Virus record (IMG/VR): IMGVR_UViG_3300023223_000133
Span: 1 to 35,957 of that record
Length of the DNA: 35,957 nucleotides
Origin: a virus
Reading direction: 5' to 3' (one strand)
Positions within the stretch are counted from its first letter, which is position 1, and every line of letters begins with the position of its first letter. The notes beneath the pieces are model-generated. The model worked only from the letters and a program-made list of their open reading frames with translations, was not told where the DNA came from and ran no database searches. This document shows, one piece after another, positions 22,808 to 30,822 of the stretch. Position numbers and translations under genes: made by a program.

Positions 22808-24503
22808 TGCCATATCTAGGCGACTAGCAAAGGCTGAGTTATTAGCTAAAGCAGCAAGCGGAACATTAGAGCCTACTGTCTACGGTGTTATAGATAGAGT
22901 TGATAAGATAGATGGCAAGCTAGTACCTAACATAATACGCAGATGGATTGGTACAATTGGCGATATGAGTAAGACCGACAAAGAGCCAACTGTTTTACTT
23001 GTGCCAAAGTTGGAGCCGTTCATATTAGAACACTGCAAATATAAATTGTTATTTGGTGGTCGCGGTGGAATGAAAACGCGCTTTGCTCAAAATATATTTG
23101 TAGCTGACGTTCATTCTACCGCCACTAAAAACTATGTTCTACGTGAAAGAATGACCGCATTAAGGGAAAGTATTTATTCGGGCATCGAGAATACAATTAA
23201 AGATTCTGGACTTGGTGGGTTCTTATCAGTACCGAGTAAATGGGAAATAAGAAACGGTAACGGTGGCAAGTTAGTATTTGGTGGCATGAAAAACATTCTT
23301 GATATGAAAGGCGCAGCAGCATTTAAGCGCTTTCTAATGGAAGAGGCAGAAAAGACCAAACAAGAAACAATTGATACTTTAGGGCCCACGTTGCGTGATA
23401 TGCCCGGCACTGAGTTATGGTACTTATGGAATACAGGTTCAAGCCAAGACCCAATGAGTCAAGAATTTATCACTCCATACCAAGCTGAATTAGATAAGAC
23501 CGGGTACTATAAAGATAAGTATCACATGATAGTCAAACTTACTTATAAAGATAACCCTTGGTTTATGTGGGATGAGTCATTACAAGGTGAGCTAGAAAAA
23601 GATGAGCAAAAAGTTGAGAGAGGAATTATGAGTCAATCAAGATTTGATGGTATATGGCATGGCAAGTTTAACGATGACGTTTCAAGCTCTGTAATTAAAG
23701 AAGATCACTTCTTAGCGTGTATTGATGCTCATATTAAATTAGGCATTGAACCAAGAGGCTTAAGAAACGCAGCTTGTGACCCAAGTGACACAGGTTTAGA
23801 TCCATGTGGTTATGCTGCAAGAGAAGGTATTGTATTCTTAGACATAGATGAGATACAAGCAGAGAATGGCAACCGTAAAATGGATGAAGCATGTAAGCGA
23901 GCTATATTGTTCGGTGTGGATTCATTCGGTTATGATGCTGATGGACTAGGCGCAACACTAAGAGATAACGTTGATGCTGCATTTAATGGTAAGGGTGCAC
24001 AGATTTATGCTTACAAAGGATCGACTGAAATACACGATCCATTAGATGAGTTTAAGAGCGAAACAGCCTGCTTAACCAATAGGCAGGATAACCTCAAAAA
24101 CAAAGATGTACTATTCAACAAGAAAGCACAGAATACTTTAGGGTTTGCCGAGCGAGTTTATAGGACATGGGAGGCTGTTACTCTGGGCATTTACCACGAC
24201 CCTGATACGCTTATATCATTCGCAACGTATAACAAGGAAACTGGCGTAGGTATCAAGCCCGAAATGCTAGAAAAACTTAAGTCAGAAGCATGTAAAACCC
24301 CTATTAAGCCGGGCAATACAGTTAGGTTTTACACTAAAGAAGAGTTGCGTAAAGGAATCATGCTACCAGGCGGCGCTAGACTTAAAATTCCTAGCCCTAA
24401 TCTATTTGATGCTTGTGTGGTATCATTAGATAAAGATAGCATAGTATCGGTTGGCCCTGTTTGGGCTGATACATCATCATACCAACCAGCGGGAATAGTT
24501 TAA
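22800..24503 (+). CDS. terL: Terminase large subunit
   Basis: P-loop LFGGRGGMKT, with a C-terminal RNase H-like nuclease motif AACDPSDTGLDPCGYA. The portal gene follows. The TTG start at 22800 is uncertain. Confidence 0.85.
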   Translation: MSSAISRRLAKAELLAKAASGTLEPTVYGVIDRVDKIDGKLVPNIIRRWIGTIGDMSKTDKEPTVLLVPKLEPFILEHCKYKLLFGGRGGMKTRFAQNIFVADVHSTATKNYVLRERMTALRESIYSGIENTIKDSGLGGFLSVPSKWEIRNGNGGKLVFGGMKNILDMKGAAAFKRFLMEEAEKTKQETIDTLGPTLRDMPGTELWYLWNTGSSQDPMSQEFITPYQAELDKTGYYKDKYHMIVKLTYKDNPWFMWDESLQGELEKDEQKVERGIMSQSRFDGIWHGKFNDDVSSSVIKEDHFLACIDAHIKLGIEPRGLRNAACDPSDTGLDPCGYAAREGIVFLDIDEIQAENGNRKMDEACKRAILFGVDSFGYDADGLGATLRDNVDAAFNGKGAQIYAYKGSTEIHDPLDEFKSETACLTNRQDNLKNKDVLFNKKAQNTLGFAERVYRTWEAVTLGIYHDPDTLISFATYNKETGVGIKPEMLEKLKSEACKTPIKPGNTVRFYTKEELRKGIMLPGGARLKIPSPNLFDACVVSLDKDSIVSVGPVWADTSSYQPAGIV

Positions 24504-24504
24504 A

Positions 24505-26607
24505 ATGGCAAACATATCAGAAGATAAACTCTTAAGTGTCGTTAACTCGAAGCAGGTTGATGCAGAAACCAACCGAAACAGAATCCAAAGAGATAATGAG
24601 TTTTTAGAAAGGCGGTATAACGCTGAGTATTACGGTACAGAAGTACCGGGCCGTTCTCGATTTGTATCTAATGATGTTAAAGATGCTGTTGAATCTGCTC
24701 ATGACTCATTAGTCAGAATGTTTTTGGGTGCCGGTTCTATAATTAAATTCACAGCAAACAATCCTGAAGATAAAGCACAGCAAACAGAAGCAGAAGAAAA
24801 AACAGCGTTTATTGATTGGCTGGTAAGAGGTCAAACTAACTCATATAAAACACAATCATCATTCTTAACTGAGGTGTTAAAGTTTAGAGCTGGTGTGCAA
24901 AAATACTTTTATGAAGAAACCGAGTCAACTGAAGATCATGCTTGGGAAGGTTTAACCGTTATAGAGGTCGCAGAGCAATTAATTGCCATGGGCTTTTCAA
25001 TAGAACTTACAGAGGGTGCTGAATTTTCTGAATTAGTTTCATCTGCTAAAACCAAAGAAGGTAAGATTGTTTCTCACAATGAGAATGATGATGGCACCTT
25101 TGATATTAAAATCAGAGTTAAAACCACACGGCAAGAAATTAAACTAATCACAGTCCCCACTGGTTCGTTCTTACTATCGACAGGTGCAACTGATTTAGAT
25201 GATGCTGAGCTAGTTGGTGATGAGTCATTTAAAACTAGGGGTGAGCTGTTATCAGAAGGGCATAGCCGCGAATTAGTTGAGAAACTACCGTCTGCATCAA
25301 TCAATGGCGAGATTGCAAGAACAATAACATCAGATGTTTTAGGTAATATCGCACAGTCAGACTTTAGCGAGTGGGCTAGCCAATTAGTTCCTATTGCTGA
25401 CTTGTATGTAAAGGTTGATTATAACAACGATGGCATTGCAGAGCGCCGACACATTCAGAAATCTAACGATCATATATTATTTAACGAACCGTTTGACCAT
25501 GTACCTTACGCAACAGCATCAGCCTTGATAGTCCCTAACGCTGTCATTGGTGAAGGTTGGGGCGAGCAGGTAGTAGATATACAAGAAGTTAACACAGCTA
25601 TTACTCGCGGTACCTTAGATAACATCTATGCTGTAAACAATACTAAGAAGGTTGTCAGAGTTGGCAAAAATGGCGTTAACCTTGACGAAGTATTATCCCC
25701 AGGTATCGGCGGTGTTATCCAAGCAACCGGTGATGGGCCGTTACTTGATAAGGTTGTGCCATTGGTTACAGAGTTTATTGGTGATAAAGCATTACTGATT
25801 AAACAACATATGGATCAAATGAAATCGTTGCGTGTTGGCGGTCAATTAGCCTCGCAAGGTTTAGACGGTAATAAATTAGCTGAAGAGTCGGCGACCCGCT
25901 TTACCGGCATAGAGAAAACCGACCAAGCCAAAGTTGAGAAGATAGCCCGTAACGTTGTCGAGATGGGTTACCGTAAAATTTATGAAGGTGTTGCATGGTT
26001 AGCTGCTCACTTCCAAATGGATGAGGTTGAGTTTAATGTATTAGGTAAGACACTAACCGCTAATCCTGCTAACTGGAAACATGACAGTAATGTAGCTACA
26101 GAGGTCGGCCTTGGCTCTGGTGACAATGAAAAGGTTGTCGAGAATATGTCGGGCATGTGGCAAATTCATCAAGCTAACAAGGCGGCAGGCTCACCATTAA
26201 CCGATGAAAAGAAAGGCTATAACATCCTTAATAAGATGTATAAAGCTTTAGATATTAAAGACACATCACTTTATATTAATGACCCTGAAGAGCCAAGCGA
26301 ACAATTACGCGTTGATAACGAGCAATTAAACTCTATGGTGCTTCAAATGCAACAAGCTATGGAAGCACAAGCCGAACAGATTAAGCAGCTACAGGCGCTA
26401 TCTGAGGTTGAAACAATCAAAGTACAAGCTAAAGCCGAATCTGATAACAAGAAAGCCGCGCTTGATATTGCAGAGTTACAGGAAAATCAACGTCAATTTA
26501 ATATCACGACAGCACAGAAGGGAAACAAACAAACAGAAGATACCGCCGTTAAACTAACTGAACTAGAAGTTAAAAGCGGTGTGGATATACCAGGTAGTGC
26601 AGTTTAA
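24505..26607 (+). CDS. Portal protein (700 aa) with a long C-terminal coiled-coil barrel-like tail
   Basis: It starts 1 nt after terL, and its size and position are typical. The C-terminal LNSMVLQMQQAMEAQAEQIKQLQAL...AALDIAELQENQ resembles the helical barrel of P22-type portals. Confidence 0.8.
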   Translation: MANISEDKLLSVVNSKQVDAETNRNRIQRDNEFLERRYNAEYYGTEVPGRSRFVSNDVKDAVESAHDSLVRMFLGAGSIIKFTANNPEDKAQQTEAEEKTAFIDWLVRGQTNSYKTQSSFLTEVLKFRAGVQKYFYEETESTEDHAWEGLTVIEVAEQLIAMGFSIELTEGAEFSELVSSAKTKEGKIVSHNENDDGTFDIKIRVKTTRQEIKLITVPTGSFLLSTGATDLDDAELVGDESFKTRGELLSEGHSRELVEKLPSASINGEIARTITSDVLGNIAQSDFSEWASQLVPIADLYVKVDYNNDGIAERRHIQKSNDHILFNEPFDHVPYATASALIVPNAVIGEGWGEQVVDIQEVNTAITRGTLDNIYAVNNTKKVVRVGKNGVNLDEVLSPGIGGVIQATGDGPLLDKVVPLVTEFIGDKALLIKQHMDQMKSLRVGGQLASQGLDGNKLAEESATRFTGIEKTDQAKVEKIARNVVEMGYRKIYEGVAWLAAHFQMDEVEFNVLGKTLTANPANWKHDSNVATEVGLGSGDNEKVVENMSGMWQIHQANKAAGSPLTDEKKGYNILNKMYKALDIKDTSLYINDPEEPSEQLRVDNEQLNSMVLQMQQAMEAQAEQIKQLQALSEVETIKVQAKAESDNKKAALDIAELQENQRQFNITTAQKGNKQTEDTAVKLTELEVKSGVDIPGSAV

Positions 26608-26642
26608 TCTTATTTTAAATAGGAGGTGATTCATCTACACGC

Positions 26643-26670
26643 AAAACCCTCTAGAATGAGGGTTTTTTAT
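26643..26670. terminator. Strong rho-independent terminator after the portal gene, probably also closing the convergent cassette
   Basis: aaaaccctc-tagaat-gagggtttt followed by ttatt. Confidence 0.8.
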
Positions 26671-26831
26671 TGGTTACCATTCATTAAACTTTCTAATAAT
26701 ATTACATGGTAGGGATAAGGGTGATATTAGTAACATTTTAAAACAATGCTTAACACCTAGGTATGGATCAAACACCAACCATTTTAAGCACCAAAAGAGC
26801 ATAATCACATAACTAATAAATACATATTCAA

Positions 26832-27128
26832 TCATTCCTCATCACTCCCAATAATTACTTTACCTATAATTTTATAATCACGGCGCTGATATGGCATCCA
26901 ATCAGTAGTCCTAGTTATCCCTGTCATAACGTCTGAACTCATGGAGCTAATCTCCAAAAGAGAATCGTACAACCTCCTATTTAAATCAAAACTGTACCAT
27001 TCTAGGGAGTGCTTATTGTTATTCTCAACAATTAACAACCCGTTATTGTAAAACTTAACCTTTGGCTTTTTATCTCTATTGACTTTTTCGGCCCACTTAC
27101 CAACCGCGTTAAAAATTCCTATATTCAT
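26832..27128 (-). CDS. Cassette gene 9, hypothetical (98 aa)
   Basis: ATGA overlap with the upstream small ORF. No family recognised. Confidence 0.6.
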   Translation of the reverse strand: MNIGIFNAVGKWAEKVNRDKKPKVKFYNNGLLIVENNNKHSLEWYSFDLNRRLYDSLLEISSMSSDVMTGITRTTDWMPYQRRDYKIIGKVIIGSDEE

Positions 27129-27274
27129 AACCCTAACCCTATCCTTACAGCCTTACACACAAGGCTGAGCCTAATTGAATAAACAGGAGTCTTACAGCTA
27201 CCCCTGCTACCACGTTTCACCCTAATTACTGGCTTTTGTATGAATGCCACTAATGGAAGTGCTGCCATATTCAT
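27125..27274 (-). CDS. Cassette gene 8, small basic peptide (49 aa), below the ORF-track cutoff
   Basis: Translated by hand: MNMAALPLVAFIQKPVIRVKRGSRGSCKTPVYSIRLSLVCKAVRIGLGL. TAATG overlap upstream and ATGA overlap downstream fill what would otherwise be a 145-nt gap. Confidence 0.4.
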   Translation of the reverse strand: MNMAALPLVAFIQKPVIRVKRGSRGSCKTPVYSIRLSLVCKAVRIGLGL

Positions 27275-27459
27275 TAGCCTTTACCCCACCAAAGAGCAGC
27301 ATTAGCAATACTCATTTGTGTAATTATAAGATTAACCCCGGTGTTGATAGCGTCCTGTTTAGCTTTATGTTTCGCCATAGATTGATAATGCTTTAGCCTC
27401 TGTTCGCGGTTCTCAGCTTCGAGCTTCAGTATGTATTCAGCCATTCCTGATTGAGTCAT
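27274..27459 (-). CDS. Cassette gene 7, hypothetical (61 aa) with a hydrophobic C-terminus
   Basis: ATGA overlap upstream. ...GVNLIITQMSIANAALWWGKG. Confidence 0.55.
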   Translation of the reverse strand: MTQSGMAEYILKLEAENREQRLKHYQSMAKHKAKQDAINTGVNLIITQMSIANAALWWGKG

Positions 27460-27791
27460 TCTATTTCCCCATTGTTAAACATTGTCACAACCTTGTTAGC
27501 TTGCTCGTTGACTAACCGGTAAAAGAATGATTTCTTATTCCTGATATCAATACCCTTTGCAATATCCTTCTTAGCTGCTGCTAGTAAGGTATCTTCAAGC
27601 AATTCGAGTATAGCCTCATCATCTTCAAGTAAAGCTTTAGTTACCTTATACTTAAAGCTATCACCCTCTAAGCGGCTAACCTTCTTTGTTAGGTTATCAT
27701 TTAGTAATCTCAAAGCGTCAATAGTATCATTGGCGCAAGATAGGTCAGATGTTAAGGTTTTAATAAGCAACTTACCTTTACTGAAAAACAT
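27456..27791 (-). CDS. Cassette gene 6, coiled-coil protein (111 aa)
   Basis: It abuts the upstream stop (TAA then ATG). Heptad-like LRLLNDNLTKKVSRLEGD. Confidence 0.6.
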   Translation of the reverse strand: MFFSKGKLLIKTLTSDLSCANDTIDALRLLNDNLTKKVSRLEGDSFKYKVTKALLEDDEAILELLEDTLLAAAKKDIAKGIDIRNKKSFFYRLVNEQANKVVTMFNNGEIE

Positions 27792-27905
27792 TTAATACTC
27801 CTCGTAAACGTCAACATCAATACCGAAAGCTAATGCAATCTTGTTTATAGCTTCGATTGCTAGTTGCTCGCTACCTAACTCTTCTATAAGTTTGTCGATA
27901 TTCAT
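27792..27905 (-). CDS. Cassette gene 5, acidic peptide (37 aa), below the ORF-track cutoff
   Basis: MNIDKLIEELGSEQLAIEAINKIALAFGIDVDVYEEY. AAGGTGGTGG RBS and an ATGA overlap upstream. Confidence 0.45.
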   Translation of the reverse strand: MNIDKLIEELGSEQLAIEAINKIALAFGIDVDVYEEY

Positions 27906-28054
27906 AGCACCACCACCTTAACTACTGGCATTGTCCACATCATCACAGCTATCACCGCTATAGCAATCACTGAAACTATCAGCATTCTGCGAGTTGTCTT
28001 CTCATACTCTGCTATCTTTACGCGTTGTTCTTCTGCTTTTTGTTGGTTATTCAT
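27902..28054 (-). CDS. Cassette gene 4, single-TM peptide (50 aa), below the ORF-track cutoff
   Basis: Translated by hand: MNNQQKAEEQRVKIAEYEKTTRRMLIVSVIAIAVIAVMMWTMPVVKVVVL. ATGA overlaps at both ends. Confidence 0.5.
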   Translation of the reverse strand: MNNQQKAEEQRVKIAEYEKTTRRMLIVSVIAIAVIAVMMWTMPVVKVVVL

Positions 28055-28416
28055 AGTCCGTGACCCTCTTCAAATTGTGATAGGTCGATACATGCAAGCC
28101 TTGTTGTTTTGTTCGACTCATTATCGGCGACCTCTCTGGTTGCGTGTATTGGTGATTCACAGTACCTACTAGCGTAAATATTAATAAACCCACTAAGCTT
28201 TTTAGGTGCCATGAAAAGGTCGCCACCACACTCATTGGTGCCCTTGTGATAATTACCAGCAACAAACCATTGTTCAACATGGTCGTTATCAACATCATAC
28301 CCGTAAAGTATAGGGTCGTTAGTATGATTGAATACATGGAATTGCGTAACCTCGCGCCCGTCTCTAGTCACAACCTTGTCACCCGCTAATGCTTTTTCTA
28401 AATCGAATTTATCCAT
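28051..28416 (-). CDS. Cassette gene 3, hypothetical (121 aa)
   Basis: MDKFDLEKALAGDKVVTRDGREV...GGDLFMAPKK resembles a widespread phage hypothetical family (from memory). The overlapping ORF 28047..28337 is rejected. Confidence 0.65.
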   Translation of the reverse strand: MDKFDLEKALAGDKVVTRDGREVTQFHVFNHTNDPILYGYDVDNDHVEQWFVAGNYHKGTNECGGDLFMAPKKLSGFINIYASRYCESPIHATREVADNESNKTTRLACIDLSQFEEGHGL

Positions 28417-28540
28417 TATTCTTATCCTTTTGATTTAATCGCCATTGTTTAACCCTACACGCTGAGCTGCATACTTTTGCATCTTCGCGCACAGGTTGAT
28501 CTTTCTTCTTGCATACAGGGCAGTCTATTAATTTAGTCAA
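28409..28540 (-). CDS. Cassette gene 2, Cys4 zinc-ribbon peptide (43 aa), below the ORF-track cutoff
   Basis: Translated by hand: (TTG)MTKLIDCPVCKKKDQPVREDAKVCSSACRVKQWRLNQKDKNNG. The CPxC-x13-CSxxCR pattern is a common phage zinc ribbon. It has 8-nt overlaps at both ends. The non-ATG start lowers confidence. Confidence 0.4.
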   Translation of the reverse strand: MTKLIDCPVCKKKDQPVREDAKVCSSACRVKQWRLNQKDKNNG

Positions 28541-28973
28541 AATTTAAGCTATCCCAATAGTCAGGTCTACCACAATCAATCACATCAAAATCTTCAGTTA
28601 AATCTTTGATTGCCCCGTATGCACTCTTAGCTTTTACCATGGCGAATTCAGCGTGACCTATTTGTGACAACTTTCTTTTTTTATACGAATGCAAAGCCTC
28701 TTTCTTTGTTGGGTAACAGAAGCGCCTCATACTATCTTTTGATACCCTTCTTGTTTTGGGTATCCTGTCAGGGTTTCTTTTTTGTATCAACATAGACCAA
28801 TGATCAATCACCATATAAAAACAAGGAGTCTCGCGCACAGGATAAAGCCTTCTAACTCTAACCTCTATCCCATCCTCGCTAATGTAATCATCGTAACGGT
28901 AATGAATGGGCAGGTCATTTAATTTTTCCTCATCATTCACCAACCTTAGCCCATCAGTAATTTTGTCTCGCAT
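28533..28973 (-). CDS. Cassette gene 1, hypothetical basic protein (146 aa)
   Basis: GGAG RBS and a promoter upstream. RRVSKDSMRRFCYPTKKEALHSYKKRK resembles a motif seen in many phage hypotheticals. No function known to me. Confidence 0.65.
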   Translation of the reverse strand: MRDKITDGLRLVNDEEKLNDLPIHYRYDDYISEDGIEVRVRRLYPVRETPCFYMVIDHWSMLIQKRNPDRIPKTRRVSKDSMRRFCYPTKKEALHSYKKRKLSQIGHAEFAMVKAKSAYGAIKDLTEDFDVIDCGRPDYWDSLNFD

Positions 28974-29001
28974 ATTTTATCTCCATTGATTAATTGCCTC
29001 A

Positions 29002-29029
29002 AGTGTAACGCATATCCGTTTCAAGTCAA
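29002..29029 (-). promoter_or_regulatory. Sigma70-like promoter of the counter-oriented cassette
   Basis: On the minus strand: TTGACT, 16 nt, TACACT, ending about 29 nt upstream of ATG 28973. Confidence 0.5.
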
Positions 29030-29035
29030 CACTAT

Positions 29036-29064
29036 TTGTTAATTAAATTGCAATGCTGTATAAT
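29036..29064 (+). promoter_or_regulatory. Sigma70-like rightward promoter (module B) with ATTGCAAT in its spacer
   Basis: TTGTTA, 17 nt, TATAAT. The palindrome ATTGCAAT lies at 29047-29054. Confidence 0.5.
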
Positions 29065-29070
29065 TGGTTT

Positions 29071-29199
29071 TGCGGTGTGAAGACCGTTTAAAAAGACAGC
29101 TGGATAGGGTATTTAGACATGTGATCTTTGGTGGGTTTAGTTACACATCAACTGTCGCCCCTCTTCAACAGAGGTTACATGATCTAAGTACCCTTTTTT
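29071..29199 (+). ncRNA. Candidate structured, terminated transcript (module B), about 130 nt
   Basis: A long imperfect hairpin pairs 29107-29127 (GGGTATTTAGACATGTGATCT) with 29172-29193 (AGGTTACATGATCTAAGTACCC). TTTTTT follows immediately (29194-29199). There is no credible ORF or RBS. Confidence 0.35.
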
Positions 29200-29585
29200 G
29201 TATCTAGTATAAGTTAGGCCATAACCGAATTTAAACTATATACAAAGCACATGTAGAACCTAGGAATGATGACAGGTAGTATAATCGACTACCCGCATGT
29301 GCAACCCTTTCAAAGCATCTTCACACAGCCGAATTTTCTCGGTTATCGTAAAAAACCTTAATCAAGCTAACGATTATAATTAGCAAATATCGAATACTTA
29401 GTATTAATCGACTTTTAGACACGAGAATAAACAGCATTTTCTGCATGGTATATGGCTTGGGCAGCCAACAAGGATTGTGAATAGCTAGCTGATACTGATT
29501 TAATACTACTTGATATAAACTAAGCACACTTACTCATCCATGCAGTAACGTGTCTAATGATACTTATTGCCAATAATTAGCATAT

Positions 29586-29614
29586 TTGACCAACCAACTA
29601 TTAAAGAGTAAAAT
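29586..29614 (+). promoter_or_regulatory. Sigma70-like promoter proximal to the head operon
   Basis: TTGACC, 17 nt, TAAAAT, ending 37 nt upstream of ATG 29652. Confidence 0.45.
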
Positions 29615-29651
29615 AAACTCACACCATATTTGAATAACCTTTAGGACTCAA

Positions 29652-29945
29652 ATGAGAAACGAAACAGAACTAGCGGCTGATATTACTAACGCTAAACAAG
29701 CTGAAGCAATAGTAAATCACCCGTTATTCATCGCATCAATTAAATCGTTAAGAGCAGTAACGATTGATAAGTTTGAAAACCTGGGGTTTGAAGATACAAC
29801 GCAAATGCGAGAATGCAACATTAGGCTGAACTTAATAGAAGAACTTGAGATTAACCTATCAACAATTATCAGTAGTGGTAATGCAGCATTCAAAACATTA
29901 GAAGAGATTCAAACATTCAACCAGGAAATGCAAAATGAGCGATGA
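29652..29945 (+). CDS. Hypothetical head-module protein (97 aa)
   Basis: It is the first gene of the head operon and overlaps the scaffold gene start. Confidence 0.6.
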   Translation: MRNETELAADITNAKQAEAIVNHPLFIASIKSLRAVTIDKFENLGFEDTTQMRECNIRLNLIEELEINLSTIISSGNAAFKTLEEIQTFNQEMQNER

Positions 29946-30807
29946 GCAAGTACAAACATTCGAAGAAACTGTAAACGCATTCTATCCTACCGATGAAGCG
30001 GAGCCTCTCGAAGTGCCAACCGAAGAAGTCGTCAAGGATGAATTACCAGAAGAAACTAAAGAAGAGTCAACAGATGTTGTTGATGAATCTGATGAGGAAA
30101 CTGAAGAGGAGGCTGCTAGCGATGATGAAGCCGATGATACTGAGGACGTTCAAACTGTCGATATAGATGGGACTGAGCACAACCTAACTGATATCACCGA
30201 GTGGAAAGAAGCGCATGATAACGTAAAGTTAATGCAAGCTGACTGCACGAAGAAATGGCAAGAGGCAAGCGACCTTAAAAAGTCTGCTGAATCTCAAGCT
30301 GAAAAAGCTCAAGATTTAACTTTAGAATTAGAGGCTTTGATTGCTGAAGATGAAGAAGTTAATATGGAAGAGCTTAAGGAGTATGACGAGGTTGAGTATT
30401 ATCAGCGAAAGGAAAAGCTTGATAAACGTAAGGCAAAGGTGGAAGAGCTTAAGGCTAAAAAACCTAGTGCTAAAGACTTACTAACTCAAGATGAATTGAC
30501 TGCGGAGAGTAATGATTTTTATGCTTACGATCCAAAGTGGAAAGAGGGCGATAAGCTTACCAAAGCATTTAATGATGATATGAAAGCTGCTGGCGAATAC
30601 CTAAACGAAATGGGTTATTCAAAGGAAGACATTGATAACATCGTTTATTCGCACCAATGGAAAACAATCATAGATGCTTCTAAGTACAACAAGCAAAGTA
30701 AAAAGACTACAGAAATAAAAAAGAAAGTACGCAAAACGCCAAAGGCAACTAAGCCAGCGGCACAGGAAACTAACTTAACGGCAGAAGAAATCTTCTACCC
30801 TAAATAA
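29935..30807 (+). CDS. Scaffolding protein
   Basis: Highly acidic N-terminus (DESDEETEEEAASDDEADDTED), long charged helical middle and basic C-terminus. It lies directly upstream of the capsid gene. Confidence 0.7.
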   Translation: MSDEQVQTFEETVNAFYPTDEAEPLEVPTEEVVKDELPEETKEESTDVVDESDEETEEEAASDDEADDTEDVQTVDIDGTEHNLTDITEWKEAHDNVKLMQADCTKKWQEASDLKKSAESQAEKAQDLTLELEALIAEDEEVNMEELKEYDEVEYYQRKEKLDKRKAKVEELKAKKPSAKDLLTQDELTAESNDFYAYDPKWKEGDKLTKAFNDDMKAAGEYLNEMGYSKEDIDNIVYSHQWKTIIDASKYNKQSKKTTEIKKKVRKTPKATKPAAQETNLTAEEIFYPK

Positions 30808-30822
30808 CGAGAGGCAGTCACA

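Noticed and set aside
26702-26746. Possible plus-strand promoter TTACAT-17-TATTAG followed by TTTAAAACAA, pointing antisense into the cassette
   Set aside because: Both hexamers match only 4/6. The shared 10-mer sits 6 nt after the -10 rather than about 22 nt as in modules A and B, and it lacks the CTGGA part. It is noted only as a partial copy.
28047-28337. 96-aa minus-strand ORF overlapping 28051..28416 in another frame
   Set aside because: The 121-aa frame has ATGA coupling on both sides and a recognisable conserved N-terminus. The 96-aa frame is hydrophobic low-complexity sequence without a start context.
29280-29285. Perfect TATAAT hexamer in the long gap
   Set aside because: No acceptable -35 lies at 16-18 nt and there is no extended -10 TG. 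In AT-rich DNA an isolated TATAAT is expected by chance.
29321-29527. 68-aa minus-strand ORF in the long non-coding gap
   Set aside because: It has a GTG start, no convincing RBS and an Ile/Leu-rich composition driven by AT-rich DNA. It would be transcribed against the surrounding plus-strand promoter elements.
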